In this document: one piece after another, positions 37,690 through 48,337 of the stretch
Layout: each line of letters starts with the position of its first letter
Position numbering within the stretch: position 1 is the first letter of the stretch
From: Octopus sinensis
Taxonomy: Eukaryota
Length of the DNA stretch: 64,000 nucleotides
Direction: 5' to 3'
Assembly (NCBI RefSeq): GCF_006345805.1
Contig: NC_043021.1
Coordinates: 20,708,001-20,772,000, forward strand
Notes under the pieces: generated by a model
Seen by the model: only the letters and a program-made list of their open reading frames with translations
What the model was told of the DNA's origin: nothing
Database searches by the model: none
Position numbers and translations under genes: made by a program

Positions 37690-37900
37690 GGGGTCGTTTT
37701 TCGCTTCCATAATGTGAGGCCGTAGTTCAGTCACAACTATACGTGTGCCATTGCACAATCTTGGCTGATCCATGTTTCTAAGAAGCATGATGACTGCCCC
37801 CTTCTTCAACTCAAGATCGTGTGACGCCATCCCGGACGGTTCCAAAGTGTTGAGAAATTCAACCGGATAATGAACAACATCATCCTGGTAAATTTCAAGC
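37690..37900 (-). pseudogene. Helitron RepHel PIF1-like helicase fragment
   Basis: YPVEFLNTLEPSGMASHDLELKKGAVIMLLRNMDQPRLCNGTRIVV...IMEAK within ORF 37606-38001. Confidence 0.85.
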
Positions 37901-38265
37901 CACTGACCGCCGACAACCCGGGTACGCCTCCTTAGTCCAGACCCCCGCAGCATCTCCTGTACCAAGGTCAGCGTTACAAACTTAACCCCCATGAACAGCA
38001 CCGCGAATCCCCAATCCCCAACACTTCTTCATGCCTGTCCACCCCGCATACTGTACGGGTGTGCATCTGCTCCCCGCAGACGCACAAATATGTGTCTACT
38101 GGTGTACATGTATACGCGTGCGCTCCCATATTCACGTGCAGCTATGCGTGTTCACGTCTGTGCACATGCACGCTAGCGTGTGCTCGCGCACGTGTTCTCG
38201 CGCACGTGTGCGTGTCCTCGTATACATATATGCACGGGGATAAAAGTGTGCACGCAGGTGTGTGA

Positions 38266-38304
<39 letters not shown>

Positions 38305-39056
38305 TGTGTGTGTGTGTGCGAGCGCCGATATGTAAATGTACATCTACGCAGACGTACACACTCGTTTAAGTGCGGAGGCATGGATGCAGACATATGGGTA
38401 TATACATGTACACGCATATACATATATATATGTTTCTTTATTACCCACAAGGGGCTAAACATAGAGGGGACAAACAACGACAGACAAACGGATTAAGTCG
38501 ATTATATCGACCCCAGTGCGTAACTGGTACTTAATTTATCGACCCCGAAAGGATGAAAGGCAAAGTCGACCTCGGCGGAATTTGAACTCAGAACGTAACG
38601 GCAGACGAAATACGGCTACGCATTTCGCCCAGCGTGCTAACGGTTCTGCCAGCTCGCCGCCTTATACATATATATACATATATAATCCCACATCTCCCAC
38701 CCCTTCCTACTTCTACCCAACCGCGCGACCGATTTCCTGTCCATCACGCGGCCGATTTCCTGTTCACCATACAATATCTTCCAAGTAATTGTTGTCGCTG
38801 ACACACCAACATCAAAGTGCAACACTGCATGACCTTTCTTGACCAATCGCAGGTTAACGTCTAGTAATAAATATTAACTCTTTTCAATGGAATTCTCATT
38901 CAGACTCAATGGCCAATGACTAGCGACACACTGGAAACTCAGAGCACCAAGAAGTTTAAATCAAACTGTTTTGATTCATATATATATATATATATATATT
39001 TACGGAGATGTACTCGCATAGCAAGTGATTTGATCTGAGATCGTGTGCTGAAACGA

Positions 39057-39170
39057 AAACAATTGCAGCGTGGAAGGTGTTTGTAAGCCATTTAAGAAAC
39101 ACACAAAAGCCGTTCGAACGGCTTTTGTGTTTTTCTTAAATGGCTTACAAACACCTTCCACGCTGCAATT

Positions 39171-39174
<4 letters not shown>
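39057..39174. repeat. 118-bp spacerless palindrome (one mismatch)
   Basis: Arms AAACAATTGCAGCG...GCCGTTC | GAACGGC...CGCTGCAATTGTTT. Confidence 0.92.
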
Positions 39175-39237
<63 letters not shown>

Positions 39238-39989
39238 CAATAATAATAAAGGGTAAAATTAATTAATTAACTCGTAATTAATAATTCCACCAAGTAGTAT
39301 ACGGCATGTTAAAAGGACCATTTTTCGGTAAACTTAAACAATATTTTTATAATTATAATTAGGGTTCAACAAAAATTTGCTTCACCAACATACCGAACTT
39401 TAGAAAAGAGCAGCCAAAGAACCTTAGCTATTTCTTCTACTATAAGAAAAAACTCCCGGACAACAAATACTCAAAACAACCACGTAGACAGAGGGGGAAA
39501 ATAACGAAATTCACTCGGTATTTGATTACCTGTGGACGCGTTTCGGAATTAGATCGGTATGAAGAATGTAAAATCATACTTCATCAAAACATTTTCCTCT
39601 TCAGCACAGAATTCCAAGATTTTAAATTTGAGAGCATTGAAAAAATTGAACATACCTATCCAATTCAAGTGATATCAGACACACTATATCCAATGACCAG
39701 CACCAACGAATTTGTCCCTCGTTCCACAGTCAGCCGGATTTTTTTTGTTGAAGTCATTCCCGGAGTTAACAAAACCCATGTCCCATGGAATGGATAAAAT
39801 TACTCACCGTTGAAGACCACATTTCGACCACGGGCCCTCCAGTCTTTTCTCGGCCGAGACGTTTGTCAGCAAAAGCGGGATTAGGACATACGTTACAGCT
39901 CGGAATTGTATGTCTTTCTTCCAGTAACTGAGTTGCTCCATTACTCATGGTCCCCAGGAAATCCCTATCTGACACCAGTTGTCCAATAT

Positions 39990-41747
39990 AGGTCATCAGT
40001 CCCCTTAGTTCCTCACCATGTACGAAGGCGTGCGTGACAGTTTCACTGACACGCCCGCACCTCGGGCATGCGGGTGGGGTACCAACGCCATGCCTTGACA
40101 ACCTCTCTCGAACTGACAAGGCTGATCGGTAGCACAAGCAAGCCAAGGATGTCTGGAAGTTGTCCAGATATCTCGGCCCGAATGTCCTTCCGAACAGGTT
40201 GACAAGCTGTTCCTCTTCGAAGCCTAGTCTACCCCAGGATGTCGTCGGACATATGCTCTACCAACCCGTAGTGGTAGCCCCGCTAACGGTATTGCTTGTT
40301 CGGGAGAACAGAGCGAGTGCATGTCTGCACTCCCTCTTCCATTCGCTCATTTTTGTTCTTCGCGTGATCCATGCGCCCACGTCCCGAGGGAACGTCAATT
40401 GTGGCAGGAAGAACTTGACATGCGGTGACTACACCCGTTCACCATCCAAGTAGAGCCAGATTTTTCTCAACCTCAGCGCATCATCAGCCAAGAAATCCCT
40501 AACCCACCCTTTAACGGTTTCTGGCAGCACATGAGGCGCCTCACAAGTGGTGGTTTCCCATTCCACAAAAAGCGGAAAAGGATCCATTCCAGCTTGGTCA
40601 GCCACTCTCCAGGGCAAGGCACATCGGTTAGGCGGTTGGTTATCACAGATGCTATAAACACCTGTGCAACCTCGACCCTCCCTAGCAAGGATAGCAACCT
40701 CCCAGATCAAGTCTGGGTTATGGCCGTCACCTTGCCTGTGACCTCGCTCCAGTTTTTCTCCATCTGGAGATCTGGTCCAAACCAGACTCCAAGCAATTTA
40801 ACCGGGCCCTCCGTCCAACGTCCCACGACGCTGTTGGGAGACATCGACTTGCCCCTCCGGGTGCCGAGTTGCAAGCCGACTGATACTTCCTAGTTAATTT
40901 TTGCTCCTGCCACCTCTTCGTATCTTTTGATGGCCTCTTCTACACGAGGTAGCTGCCCTTCATCAGACACGATGATGGTGACATCATCCGCATATGCCGT
41001 CACTCTCCTACCGTAACATAGATCACGCGGATCTCCCCGTGTGGCCTCCAATTTCCGCAGTAGTGGCTCAAGTGCCAATACATACAGAAGCGGGTGCAGC
41101 CCTGGCGAATTGAATGTTCGATCACGAACGGCTTCGAGAAGAAACCGTTTACCCGGACGATTGAATCGATGTCGCTATACATAGCATTGAACCAACTACG
41201 AAAAGTCGGGTCCAGTCCAACCGCCCTGAGGACTGCTCCCAGATACCGATGGTCAACCCTATCGAATGCCTTAGACTGGTCTAAATTCACCAGTGCCCTA
41301 CATTTGCCAGAAATTTTACCCACCCGCTCTATAGTGTCGTGTATGAGGTGAAGGTTGTCGTGTATTGTCCTGCCTGGGATGGCACATGTCTGTGCTTCTC
41401 CCACCAGGTCGCCCACTACAAGTCTCAATCTCTTGGCTAACAATTGGCCAAAATCTTTAACTCTGTGTTTAGCAGAGTTATGGGCCTAAAGTTATTAATG
41501 TCATTCCCATTGCACGAGTCCTTCCTGATCAGTGTCACTACTCCCCGGCTCACATATTTAGGGATTCTCCTGTTCTGCTAGCAGTTCGCATATACACCGG
41601 CCAGTATGTTCCCGAATAAGTTTGGCATACTCTTATAAAATTCGTAAGGAAGACCATCCAGTCCGGGCGACTTGTCCCCGGGGCACTCAGAAAGCACCTC
41701 TATGACCTCCACAAATGTGATCGGCCTTTCATAGCGCTCCGCCTTAC
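39990..41747 (-). pseudogene. Tx1/L1-clade LINE ORF2 fragment, copy A
   Basis: NFRPITLLN, LDQSKAFDRVDH, IRQGC, YADD, GGLG and the zf-RVT CPRCGRVSETVTHAF; frameshifted. Confidence 0.9.
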
Positions 41748-42505
41748 GGTCTCGACATCTCCCTGTGTTCTTCCCTACATTCGTCCCCTGTTCTTTGGTG
41801 CCAAACTATTTGCTCTTACCAAGCCCAATGGTGACTTCCGCCCCATAGCAATTGGTGGTACTCTGCGACAGGTGTGTCTGTCTTCAGTTTCTAAATGCCT
41901 GTCAGCCAAATTTTCTCCTACCCAGCTACGGGTGGGTACTAAGCTAGACTATGAGGCTGAAGCCCATGCCACTAGAGCTTTCACTAACTTGCCTTCTGAG
42001 TCCCCAAAGGTCATCCTTAAACTAGACTTCAAAAACGCCTTCAATTCCATCAGTTGGGATGTCATCTTCCGTGTAGTAAGGGAGACTGCTCAAAACCTCT
42101 ATCACTTTGCTTGGCAAGCTTATCGGGAGCCCTCCAACCTCGCCTTTGGTGACCACCTCATTCCACCTGTCTTTGAAGTCCAACAGGATGACCCACTTGA
42201 ACCATATTTATTATTATTGTCTTTTCTTATCATCAAATATTGATCTGTCGATGCTGGATTAGTGAATACAGGTGTGGGTGGGCAAATGTAGACATACAGT
42301 TGTTTGACCCTTCAGTATTCAGATTATTCTATCAAATGTAATATTTTCTTTTATTCATGTCGTTTTGAAGTTATCCTGAAATTAACAGGATGACCCACCC
42401 ACTTGGACCTTCTCTATTTGCCCTGGCTATTGACGATGTTATCAAGATGGGAGCTGACCTAGACTTGAATGTCTGGTATCTTGACAATGCCTGTTTGGGG
42501 GCTCC
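41748..42505 (+). pseudogene. CRE-like non-LTR RT fragment, copy A
   Basis: FFGAKLFALTKPNGDFRPIAIG...PTQLRVG...KLDFKNAFNS...QQDDPL / LGPSLFALAID...LNVWYLDN; interrupted by an insert with the TSD AACAGGATGACCCAC. Confidence 0.8.
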
Positions 42506-44099
42506 TGCATTGATATTTTTTTCTTTCTCCTTTTAGTTTTTGTAAAATACATTCCTTTTCATTGAATTATTTTAAATGATATCAGTTTATACAACAAAAT
42601 AAGAGACGGAAAATGGGATTTCACGAGAGTCTCTTCTCATATACATTTTTACGTATCTTTTTATAGTTTTTATAAACTTCTTTGAGAAGAAGTGTGTCTT
42701 TTCTATCAGTTCCTTAAGGGGACACTAGAATATTGCAACAACTAAGCAAAACGATGACTAAAAAACGAGGTACTTATTCAAGAAGTCACCTAAGGGGACA
42801 GACACAATCTACACCTGTGATGTAAGACAATTGACTGTACAGTATCTCGCCTGCAAGGTACAGGGATATATATGTATATATATATGTGTGTATGTATATA
42901 TGTATGTATATACATATACTACGTAATATATGTGTATGTATATATATATACACAAAGGCACATAAGCATTATTTATAGAAACATATTTCTGCATAGAATA
43001 TATTATATATTATATAGTATATTCTTATTTCTTTACTACCCACAAGGGGCTAAACATAGAGGGGGCAAACAAGGACAGACAAACGGATTAAGTCGATTAC
43101 ATCGACCCCAGTGCGTAACTGGTACTTAATTTATCGACCCCGAAAGGATGAAAGGCAAAGTCAACCACGGCGGAATTTGAACTCAGAATGTAACGGCAGA
43201 CGAAATACGGCTACGCATTTCGCCCGGCGTGCCAACGATTCTGCCAGCTCGCCGCCCTAATATATAGTATATTCCTGTGAGAGCTGACAACATAAACAGT
43301 GTTTCCATGCCCCTCGTTGTAAAACAGTAAAGTCTCAAAGATTGTTCTTTCGTCTTATTTCATGGTACGGCTGCATTAACGAACCCCTATCTCACATGTC
43401 TGTTCCGTGAAAAGAAAGGAAAACTGAAAACCATAAACAGAACGGATTTACTTTCACTTTCACTTAAATTTCCCCGAAAAGTATAATCGCGCGCGCATTT
43501 CTGTATGTAACGATTGTGGAGGTTTATAATAAAGAATCTCGTTAATTTCATTTTCTGTTTCTGCTCGCTCTATCCATCCACCAGTCCGCCGGATCCATCC
43601 AAGTCCTACCTGCCTACCTGTCTGTCTGTCTTATATGCATGCTTGTGTAATTATGTCAGCGATGCGTTTGTATGAATGTAAATGTACACACACACACACA
43701 CACGCCTCTCTTTTACTTGTTTCAGGTATTTGACTGCGGCCATTCTGGAGCACCGCCTTTAGTCGAGCAAATCGACGCCAGGACTTATTCGTTGTAAGCC
43801 TAGTACTTATTCTATCAGTGTCTTTTCCCGAACCGCTAATATACGGGGACGTAAACACAGCAGTATCGGTTGTCAAATGATGTTGGGGGAACAAACACAG
43901 ACACACAAACACATATATATCCATATACATATATGTCTTTCAGTTTCCGTCTACCAAATCCACTCACAAGGCTGTGGTCGGCCCGAGGCTATAGTAGAAG
44001 ATACTTGCCCAAGGTGCCACGCAGTGGCACTGAACCCGGAATTATGTGGTTAATAAGCAAGCTACTTACCACACAGCCACTCGTGCACCTGTATGTGTG

Positions 44100-44103
44100 T
44101 GTG

Positions 44104-44194
<91 letters not shown>

Positions 44195-44390
44195 TATATA
44201 TATATACATATATATACATATATATATACATAAATATACATAGACATATATATATACATACATATGTATATATATATATGTATATATATATGTATATATA
44301 TATGTATATATGTATGTATATATATGTATATATATGTGTGTATGTATGTATATACATACACTACGTAATATATGTGTATGTATATATATA
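44100..44390. repeat. Compound (TA)n/(TACA)n microsatellite
   Basis: Direct reading; source of the spurious YI-repeat ORFs. Confidence 0.95.
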
Positions 44391-44982
44391 CACACATAGG
44401 CACATAAGCATTATTTATAGAAACATATTTCTGCATTGTTCTTTCGTCTCTTTTCATGGTCAGGCTGCATTAACGAACTCCTATCTCACATATCTCTTCC
44501 GTGAAAAGAAAGGAAAACCCAAAACTTTAAATAGAACGGATTTACTTTCACTTTAATTTCCACGAAAAGCATAATCGCGCGCGCACTTCTGTATTTTATA
44601 CCCTGGCTATTTCAGATGACGCATTCGCTTCCTATCACCTCAAGTCGTCGCTTGCTAAACGCACTCGCAACTGAAATTATATACATTCACACATCTCAAC
44701 AAGCCTTCACTTCTACAATATTATATTTCAATCAATCACTTCGGATACTATGGAATATTAATTAAGACTTCTACACACTACGTTAATCGAATTCTATGCA
44801 TTAAGTATCGGCAATTCTCCTTGATTACGAACGATCCTTTCGATGTCATTTCTCGACTGAATTTAGAAATCCTGGAAATATACATACTGTGAGTAAACTT
44901 TCCACTCTAGAATTATTTTCAATAGCATCTACGGTATTTCTTTCCACCTGGTACGAAGACTATATATACACTCACAAACACA

Positions 44983-45372
44983 ATGAGCCTTAGACTCAGT
45001 CCAAGCGACATCCGCTATACTCAAGATTCAATTGCCTGTAAGTTCCGTAACGGGACAACATTGACAGAAACCATTTCAGATTTAGTCAAAGGTACAATCA
45101 CGCCTGACGGCATTCCTGTAATTTCGGTTTACCTAAAGGATGGGAAATACTACAGCACTGACAATAGGAGGCTATACGTTTTCAAAGAGCTGCAACGTCG
45201 GAGTCAACCAGACTTGAAGATAAGGGTTTACGTTACGTCGGCGGCACTATCACAATCGAAGTTCACGACGCTTAACGATGGCCAAAGTATAACAGTCCGA
45301 AGTGGATCAATAGGCTGGTTAAGCATGGATTTTGATGACTCAAGCACGGATTCTGATGACTTCTTCTTGTAG
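44983..45372 (+). CDS. Small intronless protein with a ParB/sulfiredoxin-like motif, copy A (129 aa)
   Basis: Intact, non-repetitive ORF; IRYTQDSI...IPVISV...YYSTDNRRLYVFK; acidic tail; present in all three units. Fold assignment is by motif recognition only. Confidence 0.75.
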   Translation: MSLRLSPSDIRYTQDSIACKFRNGTTLTETISDLVKGTITPDGIPVISVYLKDGKYYSTDNRRLYVFKELQRRSQPDLKIRVYVTSAALSQSKFTTLNDGQSITVRSGSIGWLSMDFDDSSTDSDDFFL

Positions 45373-45937
45373 AATTATGAATTTAAAAAAAATATTCCAT
45401 TGCTAAAAGAAAGAAAAAACAACAAAAACCAAAAAGCACGTTGCCGAATTTTACTGTTCCGAAAACAATCTATAAACTTCAAATTTACCCTCATGTCACC
45501 GACAGCATCTCTTCATTTAGAGAAGTGTCAAAAATCCAAAGTCTCTTGTATTTTATTTCAATAACCAACTCGCAAACCAAGTCATAATAATTGCCATTAT
45601 GCAAGGAACAAAACAAAACAAAACAAAAAACAATCTTTGCACGGAAAAAGTTAATTTGGGCGGTGTTTGGTTTCCGTAAGTAGTTTTAGTAAATCTTTAC
45701 TCCCTACTTTTAAAAACTGTAAATCTAAAAATGGCCGAAAGCGAAAACGTTGCCGAACGAGTGTGGGACAAAAATAAATAAACTAAATAAAAAATTTAAC
45801 CTTTGAAGGTATTTTTTTAATATGCTGGCCATTGATAAAATTTCTTTTCGTAAAAAATTTCATCCTATATTAGATGTATATATATATATTGTTAGCCACT
45901 ACACACATTTTTTTCTCTCCTTGTTTTTTCTGTGTAC

Positions 45938-45973
45938 CTTTCTGTAGAAGAGCGTAGGCTCGAAACGTAAAAG
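45938..45973 (+). ncRNA. Minimal hammerhead-like motif, unit A (also 52573-52608 and 62131-62166)
   Basis: CTTT-CTGTAGA-AGAGC GTAG GCTC-GAAACGTA-AAAG. Confidence 0.55.
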
Positions 45974-48184
45974 ACTTTTTCTATTTAACGGACTCTTCGT
46001 TTGCCGAACGACATGCACGAATGATTTGTTTATTGTTATCAAATTTTCGTGCCGCACATGAGCTCCCCCTCTTCAAATTGACTTTATCTGAACAGGCATA
46101 CGGTGTGCCACGCGTCAAGTATTGAAGTGATCGTAAAACATCGCGAGATAAAAGTGATTCAAGGTCCAAAATCGAAAATTCGAAATCTGAAGAACTTTCC
46201 ATTATGAACTAATTACATAATCTCCGCTCTATTCTTCTGTTGGGTTGCTAACTCGAGTTTCCGTTGTCAACAAATATTCACATTCTCTGTGTAATATTTA
46301 ATTTCTTTAATAGGGCGAGTGACGTCCTGTTCTGATTCCAACGCTATACCAATATCGAGGGGTCGCCAACCGTCCTCCCCGGCTGAAACTTAAAAAAAAA
46401 AAATGGAGCGGGTACGAAGAGGTTGAAAAAAAGTTTGGGCGTAACTTCGGTATATGTACCGGAAGTACCAGATACATTTCAAGAAAGTGTTGTTTTTTTT
46501 TATAAATATGGGATGTTAGGAGAAAAGGGTTTCTGTTATCTCCAGAAATGTAAACAAAGCCACTTCCGGTACCTATACCGAAGGATCGCCAAAGTTTGAA
46601 ACTATCTTAACCATATCTGTTTTTTCTTTTTGTATTTTTGATAGACTGTAAAAAACGGGGAAAAAATGTAACTCAAAAACCCAAAATAATCTTGGGTAAA
46701 CAAAAATTTGAAAAGAAGAAAAAAAGGTGGCATTCTTTTGTTTTTGTTTTCTTTTCTATCGCAAAGTCTGTTGTGCTAAAAACGGGATTTGAATATACAC
46801 ACACATGTAAGGGCGAAGGTAAAGCGAATGTACACACTACCTTTTTTTTTTTTTCAAAATTTTTTTTTTTAAATATCTGTTTACGATATTGAAGAATACG
46901 ATTTTGTCCCAAAACCACGCTTTCAAAGTTTTAATTTCTTCCACCCCAATTTCTCAATTATTAACTTTTTTTTTCGAATTCTTTTCAATCCATGTAGAAA
47001 AAGAGATTACGAATCTGGGATTTAAAAAAAAAAAATTTAATCCCTCCTCCCCCACCCATCACCTCCCCGCTTTCAAAAAGCTCAAAATTCCCTTGATGTT
47101 TCACGCATTCAAAAATATCAGACCATTACCAGAAAACCCGACATGCTAGAAACAGCAGCTAAACGACATTATTTCTGGAAAAACTTCCTCACTTTCTAAA
47201 AAGTTAAAAGTGAAACATTGGGAGTTTTTAGCCTTTTGAAAGTGGGGAGTTGATGGATATTTGAAGTTGGACAAGGAATTTGAGTGTTTCTTTCAAGAAA
47301 ATTTTTAAAAAAATTCTCAAAGATTCGTCATCTCTCTATATGTCTACGTGGATTACAAGAAGGAGAAAAAAATCCAGCGATTAACTCCTCGATTCTTTTG
47401 CGTGGGATCAGGTACCATGACCTCCTAAAAATGTTGCAAATCCCTTATTTTGGTTCGGAATCCTTCTCGGAATCATTGGAATTTTTTTTTTTTTTTTGTT
47501 TCGTTGAATGAATTCCTGTGACCTAATATGCTACAAAATCCTTTTTGGGGTCCGAAAAACGGGATGGGGTGAGGTGGAAGCCTCGGAAATTTCAACCCCC
47601 ACCCCCCATTGATTTTTTCACCCGCACGATTTTCACTAAGGAAAAAGAAAATAGTAATAAAAATCGGGCCCAAACTAATTTTTGCGTGTGTGTGTGTGTG
47701 TTGAGAAAGATGAACGATTTAAAACAAATATATCTTAATTGTTGTGTGAGAAAGTATATATATTCTGATGATAAAATATTGTATCTTTCAAAAGCATCCT
47801 AAATTTATAGACTACTAGCAGTATCTCCCGGCGTTGCTCGAGATTGTAAGGGAAATAACTATAAAGAATTTTTAGAGAGTTATAGCCAAAAAATAGCAAA
47901 AGATGCATTAAATTCCCCTTCATCAGCTGCCCCTGGTTCGACTCAATGCATGTTTCGAAGGTAAAGGCAGGGATACATATATACATATATACGACGGGCT
48001 TCTTTTAGTTTCTGTCTACCAAATCCACTCACAAGGCTTTGATCAGCCCGAGGCTATAGTAGAAGACACTTGCCCAAGGTGCCATGCAGTGGGACTGAAC
48101 CCAGAACCATGTGGATTGCCTAAATGCTGTCTATAAATAAACGCGAGAATAAAGTTCATCTTCATAGCGAATTCGAATTAAGGC

Positions 48185-48337
48185 TGTGGTGTGTGCGAGA
48201 GATTCGAATATAAAGGAACCTACCTTCTCTTCGATCTGATGGAGACCCTTCAGTGGTAACGGATCCTTCGACACAGCCCGACCCGAACGCTAGAGATAGC
48301 AGCTGCTTCGCCCAAACTTAGCAACGTCTTCACCCGT
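48185..48337 (-). repeat. Gypsy LTR fragment (matches 3628-3777)
   Basis: TGGTGTG.GCGAGAGATT...GAACGCTAGAGATAGCAGCTGCTTC...CACCCGT shared with the 5' LTR. Confidence 0.9.

Larger units (their letters stand above)
39860..48112. repeat. Tandem segmental duplication, unit A
   Basis: Collinear with 48113-54760 and 56394-64000: Tx1, CRE, SINE, small ORF, hammerhead, IR module, Helitron end. Confidence 0.93.

Noticed and set aside
39520-39860. Minus-strand donor-like sites and open frames left of unit A
   Set aside because: No consistent phase chain or recognisable family.
43870-44556. Long YI/HT/CV-repeat ORFs (also 20857, 24953, 36922, 38132 and others)
   Set aside because: Translations of (TA)n, (CA)n and (CT)n microsatellites.
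44889-44925. GTGAGT...TTTTCAATAG 5' UTR intron before the small ORF
   Set aside because: Only about 37 nt, too short to accept without transcript data.
45981-46202. 73-aa minus ORF (also 62174-62395) as a Penelope GIY-YIG C-terminus
   Set aside because: Only a vague F-x-I-L-D-x-E resemblance; its presence in two units is explained by recent duplication.
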